A stretch of DNA of 63,224 nucleotides, counting the filler, from Reticulomyxa filosa (taxonomy: Eukaryota > Protista > Foraminifera): the NCBI GenBank assembly GCA_000512085.1. It is 14 parts of 14 records of this genome, joined end to end, with 100 filler letters (N's around TTAATTAATTAA, not from the genome) between each part and the next. Parts side by side here need not be neighbours in the genome. Positions count along the whole stretch, not along the records: positions 13,130 to 20,726 come from ASPP01008207.1; positions 20,827 to 22,189 come from ASPP01002731.1; positions 22,290 to 24,015 come from ASPP01026936.1; positions 24,116 to 26,064 come from ASPP01020953.1; 10 more parts are not named here. The stretch is one strand, 5' to 3'. A program made the translations under genes and the position numbers. This document shows positions 13,130 through 26,063 of the stretch, piece after piece. Under the pieces are notes generated by a model. It ran no database searches and was not told the origin of the DNA. It worked only from the letters and a program-made list of their open reading frames with translations. Positions within the stretch are counted from its first letter, which is position 1; every line of letters begins with the position of its first letter.

Positions 13130-15091
13130 TCCACCTGGCAAGGAAGCCTCCGCCTTTTGTGGCGGCTTTTGTGCAGGGGCTTTTGGTTTATTGGGATCGT
13201 TCAAACTTGCTCTCTTCGTTGATTTGGAAGCACTTTGACTGGACTTTCGTTTCTCGTTCTCTTGTACGTTTTTGTGATTGGGCACAGGATCTGCCACCTA
13301 TATAATACAATTTAAACAAATACCACTGCGGATATAACGAGAAGAGAGAAGTTTGTCCAATGATAATAATAATAATAATAAAAATCTAAACATTAATACA
13401 CAATAAAAATACATGAAAAAATATGGACGCACCACTGGTTTTGAAGGCGAGTCTGGATAATCTGTGATTCTCAACAAATGCCTTGTGACGACTTGTGTCC
13501 CTTGTCCGGCAATCGGATAACGCAATTTGACTTGAATCTGCACATCAGCGACTTTTTTCTTCTGTGGATCTTTGATCTGTTGTTAATGTCGAGATCATAA
13601 TGTAAATTGATAATTGAATTGGTGTATATATGAAATAAATAAATAAATAAATATATATATATATATATATATATAACTAACCTCAACAACAGTGTCAAGA
13701 GCCGCATCATTCATCAAGGATTCCATTTTCAAAAGGCCTTTTCCCAGTTCAACACTCTTTCCCAAGAAGCGCGACTGAAATATAGTTAAATTCATTTTCA
13801 TTCGTTTGAACTTTCTCTCCGCTTTTTGGCCCCGTTCGATTTTGAAACGAAAGACTTTGTCAAACTCTGTAAACATATTTACAGAGCCCTTTGTGTGATA
13901 GGGAAAAAGAGAAGAGGAAAAAAACAAACAAAACAACCAAGAATTGTAGAACTCAACGACAGTCAAATTCGACAGACTTGGTATCGGTGATCCCTTCGAA
14001 AAGTTCATTTGCGAATTGAATGTAAATTTGTTTTTTGTCTTTGCTTGCAAAGTTCATGAGTTTGACAATGGTGAACCTCAGTTCATTCTCTTGAATGTCC
14101 TCATTCAACAATTTGGCGACAACTTGTATGGTGACCAGTTCGTGTTTGGGGAGTGGGGACAGTTGATTCTTCGCGCACTGCATCACCTTTGTCAGCGCCA
14201 ATTCCGATTCTCGTTGCCAGTGAAGCAGCTCTTGTGCCTGTTTGCTGTCTCCATGCAATAAGAATGCCGCATCACTTTTGCACTCGTCAATCTTTCAACG
14301 ATACATGCAAAACACTTTTTTATTATTATCATTTTTTTTTTTTTTTTTTTTGACCCCCCTCCTCCCCCTCTCTCCCCTCTCTTCCGACCAAAGAGAAATA
14401 TATGTGTGTCTATCTTTTTTTTTTTTTTTATAAGTGAAAACCTGATTTTTGAGCTTTTTAATAATCTTTTGGTACTCTGTGGAGAGCGCTGAAGAGCCGG
14501 CATCATCCCCGGCCGAGGGGGCGGACTTTTTTGCTAAAGTGCTTGCGTCATTCTTTTGTGCCGATTCTGTTGGGCTTTTGGAACGAGTTGTCGCTCCGAC
14601 TTGAGTCACAACTTTATTTCCAAACACGTCTCTTGATGAAACATGCACGCCTCCAGGATTGACAGGAGGGGGAAGGTCACCTACAGTCATTGTAAGTCTA
14701 CCTTTTTTATTGTTATAATCATTATGTATCAATGCATTAGTCTATTTGTCCATATACACCAACTAAATGTCAAACATATATAAATAATATGGGGATTCTA
14801 ACCTGCCACAACCAAGTCATATTGCTTTTTCAACTCGGTATATTTTTCATAGTATTTTTTAGCCTTTGTAAGGTCCTCATTTTTTTTGGCTTTCAGCGCG
14901 GCCATTTTATACATTTCCATGCGCTCGTTGACCATATCAGCGCTGGCGGTTTGTTTCATGTCATCAACCGACTTGCTTGTCTTCAGTATCTCCGTAGTTG
15001 CCTTTGTTGCTGGCAGCGATTGCACCTGTATGGTAATTGATTTATCAACTACAATAAGTGACACATTCTTATTTGTTCAAAGTCATGTAGT

Positions 15092-15122
<31 letters not shown>

Positions 15123-16407
15123 TTATATATTTATATCTATGTAAATATGCATCTCCAAAACTTGAATGGGTGGCGGAATCTCACTCATCCACACAGTAAT
15201 GCCGTCATCATATTGCTTGATAGCTTGCTCAATATTCTTGTACGTTAGAATGTGTTTTTTGGCAGTCTCTCGATCTCCCGACTTTGCAGAAAGGGCCGCC
15301 GCGACTTTGTACTGTCGAAAGCGTTCCAACAGGAGATCCTTTGTTGCTTCCGTGTCATTCGCACCTGTTTCTTCATGAATCAAATTCGTCACCGCGTCCA
15401 CTACTTTGGGAGGAGGGGCTTTGGGCTGCGGAGCAGGCAGTTCTTTTACACTGGCCACAATTGTACGAATGCGGGCTTCAAAAGTTTTTTTTTTTTTTTT
15501 TTTTATTTATACGATTTTTTTTTTTCTAACCTTCTCAAATATATCATTCTCATCTAATGGTTGTATATGTTATTAGTTTAAAAAATTTGAAGTGAGAGAG
15601 AGAGAGAGAAAGGAAAGGGGGAGGAGGAAAATAAATAAATAAATAAAAACGCAACGAAAGTCATCATGGTGTGTTGCATAGTCCAAAGATTCCATTTCTT
15701 GGACTTCGGACTGGAGCGATTGCAACTGCTGAATTGCTTGTTGACAGTGTCGCGCTTTCACAGTGTCCTGTGCTTGCTGAAACGACTTCAGCTTCACTTC
15801 TATCGTTTGAATTTTCTTTTTTTTGTCCCCCCCCCCCATTCCCACCCAAAAAAAAAAAAGAGTGAACTTTTGTTTAAATGAATTCTTTCGAACTTTTTTT
15901 TTTTGGGAGGGGTTAAAATTAGATTTATGATGATTCTCATGTATATAATGCGTTAATTGTGTTGATTCGTTGAGCTGTTTTTCTTTTCATTCTTTTTTTT
16001 TTTAAATGTTTTATGAACTTGTGGTATATCAGCCAATGTACTCTTTTGTAGTCCTTCAAACATATCTTCGTCCACTTCGTCCGCCTTGCTATCATTTCCA
16101 TCTTCTTTTACATCTTCTCCTGCTTCGTCGTCTGTATCCCCACCCAATCCCAATGCCGCATACTCCTCCAACAAATCTTGGTCATCCACCTCGTTCATAT
16201 CAAAATCCATGTCCTGTATCCATCACACATGCTTTTGTTGTTTTCATGTTCACTGCATACTGCTTCACAGATTCATTCTGTAAGCCAAACAGACATAAAC
16301 ATTTCTTCCACAATCGAAACTTCATCTTCTCCTTCCAATGCATTTGCCGCATGTTTGTTTGCTTGTGCAATCAATGCATCTACGTCCACTTCTTCATCTT
16401 GGGCCAT
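13130..16407 (-). CDS. CC2D1A/B (Lgd/Freud-1)-like DM14-repeat + C2 domain protein, 3'-partial
   Basis: ATG 16407 MAQDEEVDV. Acidic N-terminus with DDQDLLEEYAAL. DM14-type repeats LLERFRQYKVAAALSAKSGDRETAKKH..EIPPP and VNERMEMYKMAALKAKKNEDLTKAKKY..DLPPP. C2 region LNEDIQENELRFTIVK..EFDKVFRFKIERG..FLGKSVELGK..QVKLRYPI. Confidence 0.8.
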
Positions 16408-16751
16408 TGTATTTATTATTATGGAACCACAGGTTGAAGGGCTACCTAGATTTTTTTTTTTAATTTTTTTTTCTTGTTGGAATAAAAACTGTTTTATTTT
16501 TTTAAACTCTTTTTGAAAGCGAGGAAATTACAAAGTACAGTGCACTACTTTTGAAAAGATTGTTATGATTCTTGTTGCTACTGGAGAATTGAAAAGGACA
16601 AAAGCTAGTTTTTTTATGGTGCAGAAGAGAGTGTTTTGTCGCACCAAGGACAGCCAAATAAAAAACAGCACAACACGGGGTTAAACTTTCCTTGTAATCA
16701 AAAGCTGATTAAACAACGAAATCTTTCAAAGTATTTCGAATGATTGCAATA

Positions 16752-18511
16752 TCAATTGGTCGTTTTTTGATCAGTAGTTAAGAAAGGTAAATATAAAAAA
16801 GCATCGGTGCCATAACCGTGCATACTAATTACTCCCAAATATCCACCAAAGTATTGTGCATATAACCTGGCAAGTGGAAGTCCATAGCCTAAGCCAGCCA
16901 TTGGAATGGCATTGTCACTGACTTGCGAAGCAGGTGCAGTAGAGAAGGAATACAGCCAGATTTTGTCCATCTGATCTTGGGGTATGCCTCCCCCTTGATC
17001 GCAGAGTTTGATTGTGATATCTTTGGAAACCGCACTAGCGACAATGACCGCATCAATAGATGGCAGCAAGTTTTCATGGACGTTTTTGTGGTGCTCACAC
17101 GTCGCGCGCATTGAATTTTTCAGCAGCTCAAGTAGTATGTAGTGCAAATGTGTCGGAATATAAGTAAATCGAATGTCTTGTTCATCATAGATGTTTACTT
17201 CAGGGATCTACCTTTGCAAAAAAAAAAAAAAAAGTCATACAAACACATAATGTGTATATATTCATTTATATACATATACATATGTATACATACATACACC
17301 AAAAAAAAAAAAAAAAAAAAAAAAACTTCTTTTGTGTTTGTTTGAAGTAATAAACTTTTCCATAATTTTCGTGACACATTCGACTCGCATCATCAACAGC
17401 CCATTGCAGTACTTCTCTAGGCGAACAGTTATGATCCAATAAACCCAGACATCCGCTCTTTGTGTTTTTGACGACTTTCGCAGAGCCGTCGTTGTTGTAG
17501 TACTCGGCGTACAGCGCGCAGAGTTGACCTGTCAGCAGACGCGTACCAATTCTCGACAGATGAAAGCGATCAAGGAAGCTGTTCAAAAACTTGCATGCTC
17601 GCACTTGTGGCGCCTGAGACGGATGAGTTGCAGTGCACTCTTTTATCCCGCTGCTCAACAATTCCGTAGCATTTGCCAATGACTTGAAGTGGGAGTCCAC
17701 ACCTTGCACAAACGAGGCTAATGTGCTTTCATCTGTTGGATTTGGCAAACTGCGAATCAAATAAAAACTATGTTGATACATATTTCGTAATTTCAAAATG
17801 CTATTCCCCCCCCCCCCAGGACCCATCATGTCCCAAAATAACAATAACAAAACAAAAAATTTGCTGATTGTGCAAAAAAAAAAAAAAAAAATGTTGTTAT
17901 AACCTTTCTTTTTTTTTTTTTTTTTCAATGTTCCAAGAAGTGTTGTTGCGTTTTTATTGGATTTTTCTTTACATTTTTTAATATTAAAAATAAAATAAAA
18001 AAACAAAAAATAAAAAAAAACACGTCTAAAGAGAGAAGAATATGTTGCTTGTGTACGAAGGCATTTCAGAAAGTTCGTATGGAAGGTTTTCCAAATCCAT
18101 GATTCGATGAGAGATACGTATAGGTAGCTCTTGTTTGATGAAAGCTGCAAACTCCAAGAAACGCTCAGGAGAGTTAAATTCTACAATCTGTTTGAGACTC
18201 AATTTCGTGGCTTTATTGTCGGCATGATGGTGTATCACACTGTCGGCCTTGGTCTTAAGCTCTGAAATAGGCAGTTCCATAAACCGCATCACATGATTGC
18301 TGTACACACCTACTTCGCTTCTTTTCCTTTTTCCACACAACAATTTCGACATTTCAAATCGATTCATGCTGCTAACGACCGTTCTCTTGGCTGTGTGACG
18401 TTGTGAACAAGTTTTGCCTTTCAATGACTCCAGCAGCTTGTGATCTAACGCATAGTATTTGCGTGATTGGCTCAAGCAAATGCCAGGCTCTCGAGTTATC
18501 TGTTTAAACAT
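16752..18511 (-). CDS. PDK: Mitochondrial pyruvate dehydrogenase kinase / BCKD kinase family
   Basis: FIKQELPIRISHRIMDLENLP, FLDRFHLSRIGTRLLTGQ, ELLKNSMRAT (N box), DQGGGIP (G1 box), YSFSTA, AGLGYGLPLARLYAQYFGG, GYGTDA. Two introns. Confidence 0.95.
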
Positions 18512-19672
18512 TGAATTCGATGGTGGCACCTTGTGAGTTGAACTAAAATTGATACCATTTTGCACTAAGCTTTTTTTTTAATCTACGATGGTTGTGAAAA
18601 CATATATTCGATTTAATTTTTTCTTTTTGAGTTTCACGCACTTTAACTTAATCAGGCAAACTTCAATTATATACAATATTAAAAAATTTTGATTTTCTCT
18701 CGAGTAAATGAGTAAAATTGAGAAAAATAATTGTTATGTAATATATTGAAGATTGAAAAAATGTACTGATAAAATTTTTCCTTTTACAGTATCGTGCAAT
18801 ATAACTTTCGCAATTAAAGTATTGGATACTTCGAATTGTATTTACTGTTCGAAAAGACACATTTTAATTAAGTAGATCATTGGCAGTAAAACTATGAAAA
18901 TATAGACGGAAATAACCCGTTGAAGTGAACATTTTAAAAAAGGAATTCAATTAAGCAAATATTGAATCCAAGAGCATCTTTCGTTACACGAAAGGAAACA
19001 ATTACCGAAGTGTTAATAACAAAAAAATGAAGCATATTTCCCGAACAAGTGATGTCAGTCTTTTCCGTCTTTATTCCAACAAGCTTTCATTTCTCATCGA
19101 ATGACATGTTCGAGAACCATATGTTTAAGAACTTCAGAATCTCTTCCTTGATTACCCATTAAACGTTCAACCAATTTACTGAATCTTGAACAACTCTTCA
19201 TTTCCAACTTCTTGTGCTAACGAAGCAGCAATATTGGGAGTGAAATTTTCTTGAACATTTCTTACAGCATTATTTAGTGCTCGTTGCCAAGTTTCATTAA
19301 AGTTTTTAACAATAGAAAAGATTGGAGACATATGTCGACTTTGGTTATTGGTTCATTGTGCAGCTTAGTTTCTGTTGGACATAAATCCTATCCATCGAGT
19401 AAAGTGTTCTTTTACATTTTAAAATTAAAATACCATTCTCTTTTTTAGTAAAAAAAAGGAAGGAACTGAAGAGATTAAACTTTTGATCAACTTGGAAGTC
19501 TTCCAATATAAGCAAATAAAAAAGCAAAGTATTGTACCTTAAACTTGAACACTCAATATCCATGAAGAATTAAAAGGTATATACACGTAAAAACGTTAGC
19601 GCAAACGTCAGGGGGTTTCGGAGTGTACATTTTTTTTTAGAAATTAAATATTTTGATTGCATCATTTCTGCC

Positions 19673-20647
19673 ATGTCCATTGCGGAATTGCAAAAGAAAT
19701 TAGGAGCAGGAGTCATGAATGGACTAAAAGGAGGTACAGATGGTTACCAAGCGGCACTTCAAAGTAAGCTTTGTTTCACAAGGGAAAGAAGGACTGCATT
19801 TGGAAAAATATGAAACAAAAATTACAGGGAAAAAAGAGCAAATTGCATCAGAAGAGACGGATTCAGAAATAGATCCCGAAGGTTATAAACAAAATGCACT
19901 TGTATATTCTGCAAGAGAAGACTCACCTAAATAAAGCAAAACAAAAAAACAACGGACCCACAATTCCAACTCCGTTTGTATTTCCCCCCTCCCCCCCCCC
20001 TTTTTTGTCCTCCCCAATCCCTTACCTTTTCATTGTGTGTCCATTTGTACAAAAAAAAAAAACTAACGTTACAGAACCCCAAATGAAAAAGCCAGTCAAG
20101 CCATCATCTCGTCGAAAGCGCAGCGTCAGAGAATTTGAAATGGAAGAGCAAGAAGATAACTCAGATGCATTTGATGTATTACTCGCTTTTTTTTTTTTTT
20201 TTTTTTAAACATGATACTTCTTCACCTTGTATACACCCAATCAAAAAGGGGAGGTTGGGGGGAGAAAGAGGCTCATTTTAAAAGAGGAAATTGGTAAGCT
20301 AACACAAACAAATAACTCTTTAGCACTCGTATGTCGGAAAGCCTATTGATGTTGAAGTCGAAGTTATTTATATATTGTAATACATATATACATATATATA
20401 TATATATGTATATATATGTATATATATGTATATATATGTATATATATGTATATATGAAATTGTATTTGCTTGAAATGCTTCTCTCTGTTGTTTGAAATGA
20501 ACTCGTTAAATAAAATGTCTTCAATGTTTTTTCGCATGTTGCGACTTGCGTAGATAGAAGACGAAGTGCAGGAAAATCAGGATACAGCATTGACAACTAT
20601 CCCAGAGAAAAATGAGGCCTCTGTGGAAGATGCTGCTGACAATGAGG
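19673..20647 (+). CDS. Hypothetical acidic low-complexity protein, multi-exon, 3'-partial
   Basis: ATG 19673 MSIAELQKKLGAGVMNGLKG. Later exon pieces EQIASEETDSEIDPE, MKKPVKPSSRRKRSVREFEMEEQEDN and EDEVQENQDTALTTIPEKNE. Confidence 0.45.
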
Positions 20648-20681
20648 TTTTTTTTAAAAAGAGCTGAACAAATTCAGGTTG

Positions 20682-20712
<31 letters not shown>

Positions 20713-21330
20713 CTTTTTTTTTTTTTNNNNNNNNNNNNNNNNNNNNNNNNNNNNNNNNNNNNNNNNNNNNTTAATTAATTAANNNNNNNNNNNNNNNNNN
20801 NNNNNNNNNNNNNNNNNNNNNNNNNNAAAATGCTGTTAATTGATCAAGAGTGTATTTTGAAATAAATAATAATAAAAAATATCCAATTGAAAAACATGAT
20901 TTAAATAATTTTTAAAGTAAATCAATTTTTACTTCAGACAAACAGTTTTTGCTAATAACATCAATGTGTTCCTGGTTTTGTGATATTAAATAAATCGAAT
21001 AAAAAATGAAATTGATTACATTCTAAAAGTAGTTTTTAATTGTCGATGATTGCTAATGTACTATGCTATGATCTTAAAAAAAAAGGTGAAAGAAAATTCT
21101 ATTTAATCTATCCATTTTTTCTGGACGTTCCTTACTCAGTTTCTTTAAATACATTTTGCACTCTTAAAAAAGATCTTGTCAATATTGTAATTTTTTTGAC
21201 AAAAAAAAAAACCATAATCTTCATTTTTCTAAGTCAGATCACTTCAAAAAATTTGAGATTTTCTTAGTTTAAGGAAGTCATTCCCCTTTTTTAAAAAATC
21301 TAAATCACTTAGTTCCTCTTCATTAACAAC

Positions 21331-21720
21331 ATGAGCAAACAAACCTTTCAAACTTTGAAAGAGTTGCCCATTCTACTTAATCAACGTCAGAACACATGAA
21401 AATTAAAGTGAGTGAATGGTTGAGCGAAGAAGAAATGAAAAAAGAAATTAAATTGAAAATGGAAGAAGAGAGTGATAATGAAACAAAAAATGTAAAAGTT
21501 AAGTATTGAATGTCAATTGTAATGATATAATGTTTTTGTTAAAATAAAAAACTGTAAATAAATAATTATGTAACAAAAAGAAAGATCCAAAATCAAACAA
21601 AATCCAGGAAAAGTATGATGACAAAGTGATGAAATGGTGGAATGAAAGAAAACAAAAAGATAAAACAAAGATAATTGAAAAATTTAAAACATTATCAAAT
21701 AAATAATTTGGTTATTGAAA
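21331..21720 (+). pseudogene. Internally deleted kelch-like family gene relic
   Basis: MSKQTFQTLKELPILLNQ, paralogous to the start at 53974, jumps directly to KIKVSEWLSEEEMKKEIKLKMEEE and DDKVMKWWNERKQKDKTKIIEKFKTLS with stops. Confidence 0.6.
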
Positions 21721-21799
21721 AACATAAAGATTTTGACAAATTCGTTGTCAATTATGTTAGTTCATTTGTATCAAACAAAGTATTTTAATATTTATTTAC

Positions 21800-22010
21800 A
21801 TGTTGGTAATTCAAATGTGATATGTTCTGGAGTCAGTTGATGAAATAATTCGTGTTTGTGATATTCGATTAAATAAGAATGAATTGTATGTGCTGAAAGT
21901 AAATGAATGAATATTATGCATTAAATTTATAATAACAATGAAAAAAAAAATTAAATAGTGTTAATTTATGTTGTAGTTCAAATAAAAATTTAATTCGTAT
22001 TTGGGAGATG
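21800..22010 (+). pseudogene. WD40-repeat gene 3' relic
   Basis: SNVICSG-VDEIIRVCDIRLNKNELYVLK...IRIW, a degenerate SGS.D..IR.WD WD40 ending with frameshifts. Confidence 0.6.
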
Positions 22011-22088
22011 AACATATGTGAATAAAATTTTTTTTGTTTAATTTTAATTATATTACATTTGGAATATTGTTTGATAAATAATAATTAT

Positions 22089-22140
22089 CAATGAAAAGAG
22101 AATGTTATTGATGTCAATGAAAAGAGAATGTTATTGATGT
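22089..22140. repeat. Perfect 26-bp tandem duplication
   Basis: CAATGAAAAGAGAATGTTATTGATGT occurs twice in tandem. Confidence 0.9.
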
Positions 22141-22318
22141 CAAATAAAGAGAAAGATAAAAATTTATTTACTATATTTGAATATAATTTNNNNNNNNNNN
22201 NNNNNNNNNNNNNNNNNNNNNNNNNNNNNNNNNTTAATTAATTAANNNNNNNNNNNNNNNNNNNNNNNNNNNNNNNNNNNNNNNNNNNNAGATACACATA
22301 TTTCACAAAAAAGGTGCA

Positions 22319-23712
22319 TCATAACGTGATATCAAGTTCAAACAGGAAATTCTTGTGGCCAAATTCTTCGATAAACAATGGTTCCACATGCGAAAGGATT
22401 ACACCAAATCCAAAACTTTGATCACTATAATATATACTCGCCATTACATCGCTTCGCGTCTGCAATAAAATAGTTGGCATCCCCTTCCATCCGATGGATA
22501 TACTGATCAAATTTCCACATATTAGTCCTGTGTAGTCACATCATTTGGTATATTCACAGAGCAAATGCACTCTACTCAATATAAATATTGCTGAAGAATA
22601 ACACACACCTGAGATTGCTACCAATTGATAATCACGATGTCGTATATCATGCATCACAATATCGGAATTATTATCCAGCTATACATGGACTGTCCCGACT
22701 TCACTTTGCAATATCTTCATTTTTATTACTCGCTGCTTCAGTTCCATGAGTTCCACTGTCTTGTAACTGGGGATCTTTGTCATTGCACACACCGTATTCA
22801 CCATTTAATCACGCTCTCGTTTTTCACTGTTGACGCAATCATCCGCATGCGAGATAACCTATACAATTCGAAAAATTGCTATGGAATGACACAATCTAAG
22901 ATAACTTTGTAGCAATTATAACCACCAAACATGTATTCCACAGTACTTTCGCAGAAATTCGGACACGAGACAAAGGCGACATTCCATTCAAATCTGTATT
23001 CGAACAGACTCACCCATCTCGAGCACGATAAATAAACAGGACATATGGAGTGTGAGAAAACGTTTGGGGGTGATGTTGGAGAATGAAATGGAGATCATAT
23101 TGGAGGCATAGCAGGTCCATGTGGCGATTGCATACAACAGCAACTTGGGCGGCATGCTTGATTGTAACTAGGATTTCGTGTGTGCGGTTCGTTGGAGCAA
23201 ATGTTGCGAGTTTTGCGAGAGAGAGACGGAAGGTGCATATTCCAAATACGGATTGTGCGTGTCATTGTAGTAACTCGAGTCGATTTTTGAGCTGCCATAA
23301 ATCCACAATTCTTTTGATATGTTGGCCTTGATTTTGGTGCCAATTTTTCATAATATATCGAGATTCCACTTACATTTGTACACGAATCGGCTCCACGACT
23401 TCTATTGCAAATAATTTCTCCATCCAAAAATTTGTTGAAATATCAAATAATTTGTGCTTGACCATTCGACTGTGATCCAACTTGGGTATAATGCAACGAT
23501 CCAATCTCTTTGACCGCATCAACAAATCTTTTTCTACTTTATTCTTTATGTCTTAGCCTTACAAATTATACGTATCAAAGCAACAAAAATTAAATAAAAA
23601 CAATTTGGGTTGTGTTGATGCGAAAAACAGAAAGATTGAACAAATTATACACAAACAAACAAAACTTTGTTCGGCTTGTCGATTGGTTACTGTTATGATT
23701 TTGCACATCCAT
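22319..23712 (-). CDS. Hypothetical multi-exon gene (or pseudogene), product unknown
   Basis: Coding-like composition with short open pieces (RPSCCCMQSPHGP, WVSLFEYRFEWNVAFVSCPNFCES, ISIGWKGMPTILLQTRS..ELDITL*). Structure not resolved. Confidence 0.35.
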
Positions 23713-24168
23713 ATCAACGCATATCCTTTTCACTTGCCATCTATATCAAATAAAATTCCTATTTTAGTTTTGCAAAAAAATGTGGAAACACACAGTACAG
23801 TATGGAAAATAAGTATAAAGTAGAATATATAATTTTTTTTTTGTTACTGGAACTCGTTCTCTTGCCTGCATCATTCTACAATTTATTTTTATTTTAAACA
23901 AGTCAAACAAAAAAAAAAGGATTATTTATCAATATACTTAACTATTAATTGCGATGTCCACCGGACATAGATAGTTCTTGGAGTCATAGCTCCACAAAAA
24001 TTAAAAGTTATTCGANNNNNNNNNNNNNNNNNNNNNNNNNNNNNNNNNNNNNNNNNNNNTTAATTAATTAANNNNNNNNNNNNNNNNNNNNNNNNNNNNN
24101 NNNNNNNNNNNNNNNTATATAATATATATATATATGTATATATGTATTTATAATTTTTAAAAAAAAAG

Positions 24169-25980
24169 ATGTTTGGACCAGAGCCAGGGGATAAAGAAAG
24201 ATCGACAAACAAAGAATTGAATGGGATAGTGCCACGATCCATTGAGTACTTATTGACAAGTTTGAGCCGACGTGTCAGTATGGTGTCCGACACATTGAAA
24301 AGAAAGAATGACGATGACAACAACAACAACGATAACGACAGCGATAACGACGATAGCAATGGCCCCTCTCCCATTAAAGAGTGGAAAGTTTCTGTGGAAT
24401 TTATTCAAATTTACAAAGGTTTGTAATTATATACATACATATATGCATATATATATATATGTATATAAATATATATATTTATATATGTATATATATATGC
24501 ATATATGTATATGTATACATATATAATGTGTAAAAAAAAAAAAAAAAACGTTTGTCGCGAATCCCCTTTGCACGTTTGTGCATGTTAATGAACACAGACG
24601 ATCTAATGGATCTGCTGGATGCCAAGTCGGACAAAAAGCTGCGAATTCGACAAAACTTTCAAACCGACACGACGCAAGTGGAGAACCTAAGCAAAGTGGA
24701 CATTTCGTCTCCACACGACTTTGACATTTCGTTGCAAAAGGCCATTGGCAATCGCATTACGGCGAAGCACGCTTTGAATGCAGTGTCGTCGCGTTCCCAT
24801 ATGTTGGTTATGCTTTCGGTGGAGCAGCAAGTTCTTTTTATCTGATAAATCTCATTATATATATATATATATATGTTTATATGTATATATGTATAGATGA
24901 TAGATGCCTCGGTGAGAATCTCTCGACTGAACTTTGGCGACTTGGCAGGAAGTGAGGATGTGACGAAAGCATTGGGCCCCAACCCCGATCCGGAGAGACT
25001 AAAGGAGGCTATTGCAATCAACAGTTCTTTGTCGGCTCTGACCACCGCCATTTCGCTGCTGTCCAAGGGACAAAGACCTTCGTTCCGATCGTCGGCCCTC
25101 ACGTACATTTTGCAGGATTCTTTGGGGGGTAATTCCAAGACCACGATGGTGGTCAATGCGTCACCGCACATTCGCAACAGAGTTTGCACATAAATAAATA
25201 AATAAATATATATAAATATATATATATATATATATGTATATATTGCATAAAATAAGAAAAGCTTGGATTGTTTGCAACATGTGTATACGTGCGTGTGTGT
25301 GTGTGTGTGTGTGTGAAATCTTTTAAAAGCCAGAAACGATTCGAACATTACGGTTTGCAGAGACAGCGAAGAAGGTGAAGAACAAGGCGAAGGTGAATGA
25401 TCGTCTGACGCGAGCGCAGCTGGAGCGTAAGATCATTGAGCTGGAAGCGGAGAACGCACAACTGCGAGCGCAATTGGTAGACTGGGGAGGAGGAGGAGTA
25501 GGACATGGTCCGTCGGACTCGATGATGCCGATGCATCTGAGCGGCGAACATGTGATAAGTCCGCAGACTTCGATAACGATGGACCCGTATTCGAACAGTC
25601 CATCCGGGATGACTGTGATCATAGAAGAGGCGATCGAAGATGAAGTGGCAATGGCGATGGCGGCATCTACTGCTGTTACTGCTGCTACTGGCGCTGAAAA
25701 GACATCGGACAACAATACCTCTCTAGATGTGTCGCACGCTCGTGTAGATGACTTGAAACCTGCGCAACACAAACAAGTGCGATCGATGCCGGAACCCACT
25801 AAAGTATCCATTTTGGATGTCGACAGCAATGGCAGGAAACGCTCCGGTAGCCACTTCCACGCTGTCTCCGCACCCTATTTGTCCAGAAACAAAGACGTCG
25901 ACGAAAGTCTGCCCTTCATTTCCAGCACCGGGTTAATGCGTCATGCCAGCTTGACCACCGGCTTGGCTGTCATCCAACCT
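24169..25980 (+). CDS. Kinesin motor domain protein (P-loop exon missing) with neck coil and tail; partial at both ends
   Basis: GIVPRS, NAVSSRSH (switch I), DLAGSE (switch II), INSSLSAL, ILQDSLGGNSKTTMVVNASP, ETIRTLRFAETAKKVKN. Introns 24419-24597, 24831-24896 and 25182-25329. Confidence 0.95.
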
Positions 25981-26031
25981 GTTTTGTATTTTCTTTTTTT
26001 TTTTTATTTTAACAAAAAATTGAAACTAAAT

Positions 26032-26063
<32 letters not shown>

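Noticed and set aside
18890-19335. Minus-strand coding-like fragment MSPIFSIVKNFNETWQRAL...
   Set aside because: Early stops and no recognisable family, so it cannot be assigned.
19673-20130. Resemblance to CapZIP/FAM21 capping-protein-interaction motifs
   Set aside because: The LxHxTxxRPK core is not present, and the similarity is too weak.
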